Source: Oleiphilaceae bacterium (GTDB lineage Bacteria > Pseudomonadota > Gammaproteobacteria > Pseudomonadales > Oleiphilaceae). Taken from it: a stretch of 43,012 bases of DNA. Positions 10,944-20,689 of this stretch are shown here, in pieces. The stretch is from the NCBI GenBank assembly GCA_041622015.1, contig JBFJZQ010000001.1, positions 1 to 43,012 on the forward strand. The letters run 5' to 3'. Each line of letters begins with the position of its first letter. Position 1 is the first letter of the stretch. Below the pieces are notes generated by a model. The model did no database searches and was not told where the DNA came from. It saw only the letters and a program-made list of their open reading frames with translations. The translations under genes and the position numbers were made by a program.

Positions 10944-11510
10944 TTATATTTTTTGAGTCTTCCACTCAGGCCACTCACAAAAGCAACCATATCCCAAGAC
11001 ATTAAACCAATAATAATCATTAGTTTCTTCCAGGTTTTCAATTACCTGCTTGACAATATCGCGGCCTTGATTACAAAGTAATGCATCCGTATAAGGTCCG
11101 TAATATGCTAGCTCACCGGATGTATTTATCACTGCAACAGACGGACTACTAATTACCCAGTCATTAAAAATAGCTGGATCAAAATCCGGTAATTCAGTCG
11201 CTTGTATTCGGACATGATTCGCGGCTTTTAATTCTTGCTCCAGTGTTTCTATATGCTTTTCGCTAAAACGTGTACAAGGACATTTTTTGTCAATGAAGTG
11301 CAATACTGTTAAACCATCGACGTCATCAATAATCTTATTGTCTGAAAACTTGGGCATTCTAGTTTCTATAAAGTTTCTATATGGCTCATTAAATTTAACC
11401 CACATGACCAAACCTACCAGCAATAGCCAGCTCACTAAAATTAGCCAGCTCAGTGGCATCTTAATATTTTTATTACGAAGCCTTGATAAGTTGATACTCA
11501 CCCTGAACAT
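10944..11510 (-). CDS. membrane-anchored thioredoxin-fold-like protein (CPC motif; possibly DUF6436 family)
   Basis: 188 aa. N-terminal signal-anchor helix, then TVLHFIDKKCPCTRFSEKHIETLEQEL (beta strand, Cys motif, helix, as in a thioredoxin fold) and a second Cys pair GYGCFCEW. Its stop lies 21 nt upstream of the MCP start, so the two are probably co-transcribed. The alternative start is ATG 11459. Confidence 0.65.
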   Translation of the reverse strand: MFRVSINLSRLRNKNIKMPLSWLILVSWLLLVGLVMWVKFNEPYRNFIETRMPKFSDNKIIDDVDGLTVLHFIDKKCPCTRFSEKHIETLEQELKAANHVRIQATELPDFDPAIFNDWVISSPSVAVINTSGELAYYGPYTDALLCNQGRDIVKQVIENLEETNDYYWFNVLGYGCFCEWPEWKTQKI

Positions 11511-11744
11511 GGTCCATACTGATTTTTTAGCATAAAGAGCTTATTCATTAGATTCTATTACTCACCCAGAACGAGTCTCAGGCCCCCGAGAAACTGAAAA
11601 CATAGCAGGAATCTTATTTTCATAATCGTAATTCTCTACTCTTGAAAATAGCTTGTTTCAAAGAGATAGCAACAATTCTCAGCTTAACAGTATTTATTAG
11701 CTATGAATCACAGAATAATTTCCCGAGGGCTTTCTCATATTAAG

Positions 11745-12983
11745 TTATGACGACAGGCCCATAGCATGCTTGGCAATTTGGTTTTTCAAAAAACTCTGCT
11801 TGTTAACCCAATTCATACCGGTATTACGTAACCATCTTACTATTGGATCAGGTTGTTCGAATAAACGCTTAAAGCCCTCCATTGCGCCCATCATTAATAA
11901 ATTATCGCCTTGCCTTTGCCTCTGATAACGCTTGAGCAAAACCAAATTGTTTACTTCAAGACCTTGCTTATCTGCATCTAATAAAATATCGGCTAAGGTT
12001 TTTACATCTTTGAAGCCAAGGTTCACACCTTGCCCGGCAAGAGGGTGTATCGTATGTGCCGCATCCCCCAATAAGACGATTCCTGGCTTCACATAGGTTT
12101 TGGCATGTCGCTGCCTGAGAGGAATAGAGTAACGAGTAGAAACCGCTTCTAAGCTCCCTAAATTAAATTCAATAGCTGCTTCCAGCGCCATTAAAAATTC
12201 ACCTTCGGGCAAGGCCATCAAGGCTTTTGCTCGGGATGTTTCTTGCGACCAGACAATTGAACAAAACTGCTGTGTATTATTCGCATCGGCCAGGGGTAGA
12301 AATGCTAGAGGGCCAGATTCACTAAAGCGTTGCCATGCTGTTTTCTGATGTTTTTGAGTCGTTTTGATGGTCGCGACAATGGCTTCATGCTGATAATCCC
12401 ATTCGCGTGTTGGCATCGAAGCCCACTGACGTACTTTAGAATTGGCACCATCGGCTGCGACGATTAATTTACACTGAATTTGCTGATTATTCTCCAAAGT
12501 AAGAAGGTGCTGCTGTGCATCGCCTTCAACTGTTTGTATCGATTTTAATTTACTTCCCAGGAAGCATTGGAGGTTTGTTTGATCCGCTAATATGGAATGC
12601 AAAGCGGACACAATAAGCTGGTTTTCTATGATACAACCCAAGGAATCTTGATACAGCTCTACTGAATCAAACTCAATATTAGCAGTGCCTAATTCATCCC
12701 ACACTTTCATCTTTTGGTAGGCTTGAATTTGTTTAGGATTAATTTTTTGCCAGGCACCAACCGCCTTAAGCAAATTTTGTGATGAGACAGTCAAAGCACT
12801 GACCCTCGGTTCAAACTCATTGACTGATGACGCCGCCGATATATTTTTTTTCAAACTTTCTGCAATCTGATTATCAATTAGAGTTACATTCAAGCCTGAA
12901 TTTTTCAAAGCAGCCGCTAAAGCTGCGCCCACTAGGCCAGCGCCCACTACAGCGATATCTACATTAACCAAATTGTGTGTCAT
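11745..12983 (-). CDS. ubiI: FAD-dependent ubiquinone-biosynthesis hydroxylase (UbiI/VisC-type)
   Basis: 412 aa. Rossmann DIAVVGAGLVGAALA, ...VAADGANSKVR..., GDAAHTIHPLAGQGVNLG. Downstream of ubiH as in E. coli pepP-ubiH-visC. The UbiI versus UbiF assignment is by synteny only. Confidence 0.8.
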   Translation of the reverse strand: MTHNLVNVDIAVVGAGLVGAALAAALKNSGLNVTLIDNQIAESLKKNISAASSVNEFEPRVSALTVSSQNLLKAVGAWQKINPKQIQAYQKMKVWDELGTANIEFDSVELYQDSLGCIIENQLIVSALHSILADQTNLQCFLGSKLKSIQTVEGDAQQHLLTLENNQQIQCKLIVAADGANSKVRQWASMPTREWDYQHEAIVATIKTTQKHQKTAWQRFSESGPLAFLPLADANNTQQFCSIVWSQETSRAKALMALPEGEFLMALEAAIEFNLGSLEAVSTRYSIPLRQRHAKTYVKPGIVLLGDAAHTIHPLAGQGVNLGFKDVKTLADILLDADKQGLEVNNLVLLKRYQRQRQGDNLLMMGAMEGFKRLFEQPDPIVRWLRNTGMNWVNKQSFLKNQIAKHAMGLSS

Positions 12984-13024
12984 ACCTGTTAGTTACCCAA
13001 AGCGTTATAGATGAACGGATAGAT

Positions 13025-14284
13025 TTATACACCAGAACGAAGATTAGATTTTCTACCCGCTAACCCCATTGCTTGGGAAGCAAACAATGACTTCAAGATA
13101 GGCGCATTATCTAAACCGATTAAACCAAGCTCTCTAGCAACGCTCAATAATTTTGAAGAACTGCCAAACACTTTGACTAACTGATCACTCAAAGCAATCG
13201 TTTTTACTTGGTCATCGAGTCGCTTAGTGCAAAGTTGAGCCAAATTTTCTAAGGATTCAAAGGCCGTTTTTTGCTCTTGGCATAACGCAATATTTTCAAT
13301 AGCCGCCGCCACGCCTCTGATAGCTAAATTAAAACCCTGACCTGCTACTGGGTGCAAACTATGTGCAGCATTGCCTAACAATAACACGCCTGAACGACAC
13401 TGCTCTTTTGCCTGAATAAGCTTTAAAGGGTAACTAAGTCTTTCGCCACACTTTTCTATTTCCCCCAAGCGTTCGCTAAAACTTTCTTCAATCGCGCGAC
13501 AAAATTCATCGTCATCCATTTCAAGATAATGAGAAACCTCAGATTGATCATGTGTCCAGACCACCGCACACTGGTAATCTGCAAGCGGCAACATAGCTAA
13601 CGGCCCTTTTGTGGTAAAACGTTCAAACGCTAGACCATGATTGGGCAATTCTGTCGTCACATTGGCGATAATCGCATGCTGTGCATAATGTTGTATTTCG
13701 GTTTCTATACCTAACTTTTTCGCCGTTTTTGAGTCCGTACCGTCTGCAATAATTAATAATCGTGCTTCTATTGTTCGCTTAATAGCCGGCTTTGACTCAT
13801 CGACTGAAGTAATGACTAACTTATTCGGTGAGCCTTGCTGAATTTCTTCAACTTCAGCAGAGGCATAGATAGGAATAGCCAAGTCATCAACCCGCGAAAG
13901 CAGGCAGCGACCTAACCATTGATTGGGAACAACATGACCCACGGCACTTTGATTATAGTCTTGTGCTTTGATGCGGGTTGTTCCGAAACGTCCTTTTTCG
14001 GAGACATGAACTTCAGTAATCTGACAGGACTTTTTCTCGACCTCCTCCCAAACACCCAATTCGATAAGAATATCTCGCGTTCCCCATGATAGCGCAGTTG
14101 AGCGCGCATCATAACTTGGCGTGAAATCAGGAACGGCATAGGTAAAACCAAATGCATCAATAAGCAAAACATTTAAACCTAATTGCCTTAAACCAATGGC
14201 TGCACTTGCACCCACCATGCCTGCGCCAACTATCGCAACATCGACCTGACTTCCCTCTCTCAGTTCTTGCAAGTTGGCTAGCAT
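13025..14284 (-). CDS. ubiH: 2-octaprenyl-6-methoxyphenol hydroxylase
   Basis: 419 aa. VAIVGAGMVGASAA, IIADGTDSK, GNAAHSLHPVAGQGFNLA. Immediately downstream of pepP. Confidence 0.85.
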   Translation of the reverse strand: MLANLQELREGSQVDVAIVGAGMVGASAAIGLRQLGLNVLLIDAFGFTYAVPDFTPSYDARSTALSWGTRDILIELGVWEEVEKKSCQITEVHVSEKGRFGTTRIKAQDYNQSAVGHVVPNQWLGRCLLSRVDDLAIPIYASAEVEEIQQGSPNKLVITSVDESKPAIKRTIEARLLIIADGTDSKTAKKLGIETEIQHYAQHAIIANVTTELPNHGLAFERFTTKGPLAMLPLADYQCAVVWTHDQSEVSHYLEMDDDEFCRAIEESFSERLGEIEKCGERLSYPLKLIQAKEQCRSGVLLLGNAAHSLHPVAGQGFNLAIRGVAAAIENIALCQEQKTAFESLENLAQLCTKRLDDQVKTIALSDQLVKVFGSSSKLLSVARELGLIGLDNAPILKSLFASQAMGLAGRKSNLRSGV

Positions 14285-14287
14285 GCT

Positions 14288-15601
14288 CTATTCATCTCCA
14301 GCCATCAAAGCTTCAATCTCATGTATTTCTTTTGGCACGTTTTCCGTCAGCACTCGACAGCCGCTTTTCGTCACCAACACATCATCTTCAATGCGGATAC
14401 CAATACCACGCCATTTTTTTGCGACATCTTTATTTGACGGCGAAACATAGATACCCGGCTCAACCGTCATGACCATACCAGGCTCTAATAAACGCCATTC
14501 ACCAGCCACTTTATATTCACCCACATCATGAACATCTAATCCTAGCCAGTGTCCCGTTCTGTGCATGTAAAAAGGTTTATACAACTCTTTTTTTATGGCC
14601 TCTTCCAGCTCGGCATCAATTAAACCTAATTGAATGAGTCCTTGAGTGATTACCCGAACTGCGGCTTCATGAGGATGGTTCCAATGGTTTCCGGGTTTCA
14701 CTGCATCAATTGCAGCATATTGCGCATCTAACACAATTTGATATAAGGAGCGCTGCTCTAACGAAAACTCTCCCGATACCGGAAATGTACGCGTAATGTC
14801 AGAGGCATAGCAATCTAGCTCACAACCTGCATCTATCAAGACTAAATCGCCCGCTTTTAATTTGTCCTTGTTTTCAATGTAATGAAGAATACAGCCGTTT
14901 TCGCCCCCGCCCACGATAGAGGGATAAGCAGTAAAACGCGCCCCATGGTTGGCGAAAGTGTGCAAAATAGTAGATTCCAGGTGATATTCCGATAATCCGG
15001 GTTTACAAATTCTCATGGCTTCCATATGTGCTTTAGCTGAAATTTCAGCAGCTTCTGCCATTACCTTAACTTCTGCTGCACTTTTAAATAAACGTAGTTC
15101 ATGCAGAGCATGCTCCAAGGCCACAAACTCGCCAGGCGGATGCGCACCACTTCGAATTTTGCTGCGGATAATATTAATCCATTCCATTACTTTGGCATCA
15201 AATGGAGCATCCAGTCCCATGGAATAAAATACTTTATCTGTGCCTTCTATCATGCCCGGTAAAATGTCATCAATATCCGAGATAGGGAAAGCATCATCAA
15301 TTCCCGTAAGATCACTGACTCTATCAGGCCCCATGATATAGCCATCCCACATTTCTTTTGTCGGATCTCGCTCACGACAAAACAGAATAGACTCACCATG
15401 CGCTCTACCGGGAATCACTACCAATACAGCATCTGGCTCGTTAAAGCCTGTTAAATAATAAAAATCACTATCCTGGCGAAATGGGTAATCTACATCACGA
15501 TTTCGCGACTTAATCGTCGAAGAAGGTAATATGGCAATGGTATTGACACCCATTTGCTCTGCTAAATAACGCCTGCGTTTCGCGAATTCTTTTTTATTCA
15601 T
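14288..15601 (-). CDS. pepP: Xaa-Pro aminopeptidase
   Basis: 437 aa. M24B signatures DLVLIDAGCELDCYASDITRTFP, HRTGHWLGLDVHD, EPGIY, GIRIEDD. Confidence 0.95.
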   Translation of the reverse strand: MNKKEFAKRRRYLAEQMGVNTIAILPSSTIKSRNRDVDYPFRQDSDFYYLTGFNEPDAVLVVIPGRAHGESILFCRERDPTKEMWDGYIMGPDRVSDLTGIDDAFPISDIDDILPGMIEGTDKVFYSMGLDAPFDAKVMEWINIIRSKIRSGAHPPGEFVALEHALHELRLFKSAAEVKVMAEAAEISAKAHMEAMRICKPGLSEYHLESTILHTFANHGARFTAYPSIVGGGENGCILHYIENKDKLKAGDLVLIDAGCELDCYASDITRTFPVSGEFSLEQRSLYQIVLDAQYAAIDAVKPGNHWNHPHEAAVRVITQGLIQLGLIDAELEEAIKKELYKPFYMHRTGHWLGLDVHDVGEYKVAGEWRLLEPGMVMTVEPGIYVSPSNKDVAKKWRGIGIRIEDDVLVTKSGCRVLTENVPKEIHEIEALMAGDE

Positions 15602-15678
15602 CTTTTTATCTCTTACCAGCCAGCAAAATAAAGTGATTGAGCACTGAGCATTTTAAGCAGGCCATATTAACAGCCCAT

Positions 15679-16335
15679 TTAATGCAACGTTCTGGGATTC
15701 TGTATTTGTCTATCTATGTTTGAGTCATGCTCCGATGTCGCAGAACTCTCCACAACAGGCTCATTTAACTCTGCGTATAAGTTTAAGACACCAATGCGAA
15801 TATATTCACTAATCTCAAAAAATTCTTTTTCGCCTGATTCATCCTCATCAACACGAGCATCAATTTGGCATATTTCAACAAAATCTGTGAGGATTTCCTG
15901 GAGTTCACTGTCCATTTTTTGTAAGCGATCACTGGCAGATATTGCAATGCCTTCCAAGAACCCCCTTACCCAAACAACCAGCGACTCAACTCTTTCCGAC
16001 AAAGCGTAGTCATCATCCGGTAGCAAAAGAACAAAGCTACTAGAATCTTTATCAATTCCCTCTAGGGTATGAGCATAGAAGCCCAGCAAATCTTCAGTGA
16101 CATTGGCATGTCTCTCGTTATCAAGCGACTCGACACCCATATGTTCAAGCACCTGATTTAACCAGTCAGTAGCTGTACGCTTTAAGCTCCCTACAATTTC
16201 ACCAACCATAAGCCCGTGAAGTTCACTCGGGTGATTTATTGCCCCATGACTGTTGTATATATTGGCTAACCAGTCAAATTGGCTATCTTGCATTTCGTCT
16301 TCGAATTCTTCAGAAATGCTATCAGTGTCTTTCAT
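15679..16335 (-). CDS. ygfB: UPF0149 family protein (YgfB-like)
   Basis: 218 aa acidic protein. ...PSELHGLMVGEIVG... and ...VVWVRGFLEGI...; conserved position upstream of pepP and divergent from zapA. Confidence 0.8.
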   Translation of the reverse strand: MKDTDSISEEFEDEMQDSQFDWLANIYNSHGAINHPSELHGLMVGEIVGSLKRTATDWLNQVLEHMGVESLDNERHANVTEDLLGFYAHTLEGIDKDSSSFVLLLPDDDYALSERVESLVVWVRGFLEGIAISASDRLQKMDSELQEILTDFVEICQIDARVDEDESGEKEFFEISEYIRIGVLNLYAELNEPVVESSATSEHDSNIDRQIQNPRTLH

Positions 16336-16474
16336 ATACTTAACCTATCAAATGAATTTTACAGAATTATACGAGAGCTGAGCCAGGAATGCGAAAGCGA
16401 GTTGACCACTACGCTAGCGCCGCTTATAGTTAGTGCTTTCGTCATTCTCAATTTTTGAATACCAAGGTATAACA

Positions 16475-16681
16475 ATGGAAGCGTCACAGATTAAATCCTT
16501 TTCAGCTAAAGTTGAACAGCTTCTAGCTTATTGTCAAAAACTAGAAGCCGACAACAATTCTCTTAAAGCGCTCCAGAATGAATGGTTATCTGAACGAACC
16601 AAACTGCTGCAAAAAAATGACTTAGCGAAAACAAAAATCGAATCCATGATTGTTCGCTTAAAAGCGATGGAGCAAGAGTAA
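16475..16681 (+). CDS. small coiled-coil protein upstream of zapA (TIGR02449 / ZapB-like)
   Basis: About 68 aa from ATG 16475 (the tracked ORF starts upstream at 16433). Heptad-rich, ...LLAYCQKLEADNNSLKALQNEWLSERTKLLQKNDLAKTKIESMIVRLKAMEQE. Its stop overlaps the zapA start (TAATG). Confidence 0.7.
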   Translation: MEASQIKSFSAKVEQLLAYCQKLEADNNSLKALQNEWLSERTKLLQKNDLAKTKIESMIVRLKAMEQE

Positions 16682-16971
16682 TGTCTGATATCAACACGCT
16701 TAAGGTCAAAATTCTTGAAAAAGATTATCTCGTTAGCTGCCCAGATGACAAAAAAGATGCTCTTACCGCTGCGGCAGGCCATTTAGATTTAAAAATGCGA
16801 GACATTCGTTCTTCCGGAAAAGTATTAGGTACGGAACGTATAGCGGTCATGGCAGCATTAAATATCACTTATGAATTATTAGAAAGCAGCAAAGGTCTGT
16901 CTAGTGATCAGTCTGCTTTAAGTTCGCTAGAAGCACGCATGGATAAGATTCTCAATAAAGCGAATTTGTGA
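16681..16971 (+). CDS. zapA: cell division protein ZapA
   Basis: 96 aa. LKVKILEKDYLVSCPDDKKDALTAAAGHLDLKMRDIR...ERIAVMAALNITYELL. Followed by 6S RNA as in E. coli and Pseudomonas. Confidence 0.9.
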   Translation: MSDINTLKVKILEKDYLVSCPDDKKDALTAAAGHLDLKMRDIRSSGKVLGTERIAVMAALNITYELLESSKGLSSDQSALSSLEARMDKILNKANL

Positions 16972-17048
16972 AAACTAATGCACAAAATTTCGTTTTGTTT
17001 TTTTTCGTAAAAAGCACTGTTATTTATCTGATTTTTTTATATGATGAC

Positions 17049-17239
17049 GCTGTGTTCTGGAATGCTAGCTAGCTAGATATGTCCTCGAGCCGATAATACC
17101 ACTTAGGTAGTCATTTCGTGTAATGTGTGCAAGTCCCCTGGTTTACCAGATGGGAAAGCCTAATTTACTCTAGGTGACAACCCCCTTGAACTTTCGGGTT
17201 CAAGGCCTTATCAGGCAGCGGCATTTCCGGGCACACCAA
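17049..17239 (+). ncRNA. ssrS: 6S RNA (SsrS)
   Basis: Blocks align to E. coli 6S RNA: cctcgagccgataataccac vs CCUGAGCCGAUAUUUCAUACCAC, and cccttgaactttcgggttcaaggccttatcaggcagcggcatttccggg vs CCUUGAACCAAGGGUUCAAGGGUUACAGCCUGCGGCGGCAUCUCGGAG. The closing stem is tgtgttctggaatgc (5') pairing with gcatttccgggcaca (3'). A TATGAT -10 lies at 17040-17045. zapA-ssrS-5FCL synteny is conserved. Ends are accurate to about 5 nt. Confidence 0.9.
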
Positions 17240-17267
17240 TTAACCGAACTCGGTTTCATATCCTGCT

Positions 17268-17930
17268 ATGGCAATTCTAAGCTCAAACTCCCTCTCTCCA
17301 ACTTCCAAAGAACGGCTCACAGCGACGCAAACCGAGAAAAAAAAGCTCAGAGTGAAAGTTAGGAAGCTCAGGCAATCTCTAAGTCAACTGCAACAAAAAC
17401 AAGCAACTGACAATTTGATCAAACAAATCACGCAAAGCAAACTTCTTTTAAGGCATAGACACATTGCCTTGTATCTTGGAAATGATGGCGAATTAAACCC
17501 TCACAAATTAATCAAGCAACTCTGGAAGCAAAAAAAACAGGCCTATTTACCTGTCATACACCCTATTTTCCAGAATAGCTTATGTTTTTGCCGGATCACA
17601 TCAGATACCAAATTCGTTAAGAATAAATTTGGCATATTCGAGCCTGACTTTAGGCTTTCGAAGCGTCTATCGAATAAATTCCTTTCTTTAACGCTCATGC
17701 CTTTGGTGGCTTTTGATAAAGCTGGCAACAGAATGGGAATGGGCGGAGGTTTTTACGACCGAAGCTTTGCATATAAAGCGACATCAAAATATAGCAAGCC
17801 AAAGTTAATCGGTGTTGCACATGAATTTCAAAAGCAGGAAGCCCTGCCTTTAGAGAAATGGGATATACCCTTGAATGGCGTATTGACTGATCAACATTTT
17901 TATCAATTTATAGTGAGAGTTGACCCCTAA
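17268..17930 (+). CDS. 5-formyltetrahydrofolate cyclo-ligase
   Basis: 220 aa. ...HIALYLGNDGELNPHKLI..., ...MPLVAFDKAGNRMGMGGGFYDRSF..., ...WDIPLNGVLTD. Downstream of ssrS like E. coli ygfA. Confidence 0.88.
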   Translation: MAILSSNSLSPTSKERLTATQTEKKKLRVKVRKLRQSLSQLQQKQATDNLIKQITQSKLLLRHRHIALYLGNDGELNPHKLIKQLWKQKKQAYLPVIHPIFQNSLCFCRITSDTKFVKNKFGIFEPDFRLSKRLSNKFLSLTLMPLVAFDKAGNRMGMGGGFYDRSFAYKATSKYSKPKLIGVAHEFQKQEALPLEKWDIPLNGVLTDQHFYQFIVRVDP

Positions 17931-17940
17931 ACAGGGTCAA

Positions 17941-18099
17941 CTATCGACTTGCTGTTCGTTCTTTATCCTCATAATGCAAAGCCGCAGCTTCTATTGAAGG
18001 ACGATTTGAACCAACTGTCATGGAAGAAAAACCACTTACAACTAAACCGATAAAAAAAAGCGCGATCAATGCAATCATCGCGTCCGGCTTTCGTTTCAT
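17941..18099 (-). CDS. possible small membrane protein (52 aa)
   Basis: MKRKPDAMIALIALFFIGLVVSGFSS... from the internal ATG of tracked ORF 17941-18180. One clear TM helix and no recognised family. The upstream part of the tracked ORF is AT-rich and looks non-coding. Confidence 0.3.
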   Translation of the reverse strand: MKRKPDAMIALIALFFIGLVVSGFSSMTVGSNRPSIEAAALHYEDKERTASR

Positions 18100-18257
18100 A
18101 TTAACCTCAAAAACATAAATTATTATTGCTATCAAAAAAAGAAAAATCTTACTTATCAGAAAAATAGCACAGCTTTCCAAAAAAGAAATTAATTATTAGC
18201 AACAAGTCAATGTTTTTGCTCTAAAAACTATTTATAAAGCCAATAAATCGTCAAACC

Positions 18258-19781
18258 TTAGTTTCCACGAAGAAATAAACGGTAAGCTTCATTATCGGTC
18301 TCATCCCAATACCGAAAACCGACCTTATCTAACATTTTCACAAAGTCTGGTTTATCTTCCGGTTCAACCTGCACGCCCATCAACACACGACTATACGCAG
18401 CGCCATGATTCCGGTAATGGAACATGGAAATATTCCACTTTGTTCCCAGTGAGTTAAGGAAAGACATCAAGGCCCCGGGTCGCTCAGGAAACTCAAAGCG
18501 ATATACCTGCTCATTGCCAACACCGACGGCTCGACCACCTACCATATGGCGGATATGGATTTTTGCAATTTCGTTATCAGTTAGATCAACAACGGGATAC
18601 CCCAATGTCCTTATTTCTTCCAATAATTGGGATCGCCCTTCTCCACCATAAGGAATTTGCAAACCGACAAATATTTGAGCATCGCAACCTTCAGCATAAC
18701 GATAGTTAAATTCAGTGACGTTTCGATTTTGCAGCGAATGAATAAATCTCTGATAACTTCCGGGTTTTTCTGGCAAGGTAACCGCCAAGATTGCTTCTCT
18801 TTTCTCACCTATTTCGGTTCGCTCAGAAATATAGCGTAAACGATCAAAGTTCACATTGGCACCACTAACCACGGTCATTAAATTCGCACCTTGTATATTT
18901 TCACGTTCGACATATTTTTTGAGGCCGGCGATACCCACAGCACCAGCGGGCTCGGCAATCGAGCGGGTATCATCAAAAATATCCTTGATGCCGGCACAAA
19001 TTTCATCGGTAGTAACAGTAATGACTTCATCAACACAGGTTCTGGCCACTTCAAAAGGTAATTTACCTATTTGTTTCACGGCAACACCTTCAGCAAAAAT
19101 ACCGACGTCCTTGAGAATTACCCGTTCATCCGCTTCCAATGCTGCTTTTAAACACGCCGCATCTTCAGGTTCGACACCAATGACTTTAATTTCAGGGCGA
19201 ACAAATTTGATATAGGCCGCCATACCCGCAATCAGACCACCACCGCCAACTGGAATAAAAACCGCATTAATTGGCGAGGTAAACTGCATAAGCATTTCCA
19301 GGGCCACCGTTCCCTGCCCTGCAATAACATCCTCATCATCATAGGGTGGGATATAGACCAAGCCTTTTTCTTTCACTAACTTATGCGCATAGGCAGAAGC
19401 TTCATCGAAGGCATCACCAAACAATATGACGGTTGCGCCTTTCTCTCTAACAGAGTTCACTTTAATTTCAGGCGTTGTAGTGGGCATCACGATGGTGGCT
19501 TTTATGCCCAGCTTTTGAGCAGCAAGAGCCAAGCCCTGAGCATGATTACCCGCTGAGGCTGCAATCACACCCTTTTGACGTTCTTCTGGAGTGAGCTGTC
19601 TTGCTCGGTTATAGGCACCGCGTAACTTGAATGAAAAAACAGGCTGTAAGTCTTCACGTTTTAAATAAATATTATTATCAAAGCGCTTAGATAACAAAGC
19701 CGCATGGGTAATCGGTGACTCAACAGCAACATCATAAACCCGTGCATCAAGGATTTTCTTTATATAGCGGCTAATCGACAT
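18258..19781 (-). CDS. ilvA: biosynthetic threonine ammonia-lyase (threonine dehydratase)
   Basis: 507 aa. PLP-lysine motif LQPVFSFKLRGAYN, SAGNHAQG, GGGGLIAG, and two C-terminal ACT-like regulatory repeats. Confidence 0.95.
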   Translation of the reverse strand: MSISRYIKKILDARVYDVAVESPITHAALLSKRFDNNIYLKREDLQPVFSFKLRGAYNRARQLTPEERQKGVIAASAGNHAQGLALAAQKLGIKATIVMPTTTPEIKVNSVREKGATVILFGDAFDEASAYAHKLVKEKGLVYIPPYDDEDVIAGQGTVALEMLMQFTSPINAVFIPVGGGGLIAGMAAYIKFVRPEIKVIGVEPEDAACLKAALEADERVILKDVGIFAEGVAVKQIGKLPFEVARTCVDEVITVTTDEICAGIKDIFDDTRSIAEPAGAVGIAGLKKYVERENIQGANLMTVVSGANVNFDRLRYISERTEIGEKREAILAVTLPEKPGSYQRFIHSLQNRNVTEFNYRYAEGCDAQIFVGLQIPYGGEGRSQLLEEIRTLGYPVVDLTDNEIAKIHIRHMVGGRAVGVGNEQVYRFEFPERPGALMSFLNSLGTKWNISMFHYRNHGAAYSRVLMGVQVEPEDKPDFVKMLDKVGFRYWDETDNEAYRLFLRGN

Positions 19782-19942
19782 AAACTTTCTCTTTTTAAAG
19801 TTGCCTTGAATTTAAAGACGGATAAATGACTGACACTCAAACTGTTTATTAATTAGCTGAGTCTTGTCGGTAAATAACTTTTCTCACACAATCCAGAAGC
19901 CTATAATACGGTCACTTTTCTAAGAACCGAACCGGAGCAAAC

Positions 19943-20617
19943 ATGAACCAGGACCAATTAAAAAGTGCAGTCGCAAAAACAGCGCTAGAGTATATCCAAC
20001 CCAAATTGGATAACGATAGTATTATTGGTATTGGAACCGGATCAACCGCTAATTTTTTCATTGATCACTTGGCTGAAATCAAACATCAATTTAATGGCGC
20101 AGTAGCCAGTTCAGAAGCAACGGCTGCTCGACTCAAGTCACACGGCATTCCTGTGTACGAATTAGGCACGATTGATGAAATGGAATTTTACATTGATGGC
20201 GCTGATGAAACAAACGCCCACCTACAACTAATCAAAGGCGGCGGCGGCGCGTTAACGCGCGAAAAAATTGTTGCTGCTGTCGCTAAAAAATTCCTCTGCA
20301 TTGTCGATGTCTCCAAAAAAGTTGACCTTCTGGGTGCCTTCCCACTACCTGTGGAAGTTATCCCCATGGCAAGAAGCTATGTGGGTAGAGAATTAGTAAA
20401 ACTAGGCGGCGACCCGGTATATCGTGAAGGCTTCGTAACCGATAACGGAAATCAAATTCTTGATGTATTCAATATGAAAATCCTGAATCCTAAAGAATTA
20501 GAAGAGAAAATTAACAACATTACGGGCGTTGTCACTAACGGCCTGTTTGCCATTCGGCCTGCGGACTTATTGTTTGTTGGGTCAGCGTCTGGCGTTGAGG
20601 TGCTCGAAGCCCTATAA
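19943..20617 (+). CDS. rpiA: ribose-5-phosphate isomerase A
   Basis: 224 aa. [28 protein letters not shown]. Confidence 0.95.
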   Translation: MNQDQLKSAVAKTALEYIQPKLDNDSIIGIGTGSTANFFIDHLAEIKHQFNGAVASSEATAARLKSHGIPVYELGTIDEMEFYIDGADETNAHLQLIKGGGGALTREKIVAAVAKKFLCIVDVSKKVDLLGAFPLPVEVIPMARSYVGRELVKLGGDPVYREGFVTDNGNQILDVFNMKILNPKELEEKINNITGVVTNGLFAIRPADLLFVGSASGVEVLEAL

Positions 20618-20689
20618 TCCCCACTTTTATTTTTGCGCCATACGCTTATTTTAAGGCTCACTCTTTAAGACAGACAAAGGAAACGACTG

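Noticed and set aside
13912-14472. ORFs 13912-14172 (-) and 14206-14472 (+)
   Set aside because: They are out-of-frame or antisense within ubiH and pepP.
17174-17362. 62-aa plus-strand ORF
   Set aside because: It overlaps the 3' half of 6S RNA and the start of the 5-FCL gene, so it is non-coding.
18424-19215. Several ORFs on both strands inside ilvA
   Set aside because: They are alternative-frame or antisense ORFs within a securely identified 507-aa gene.
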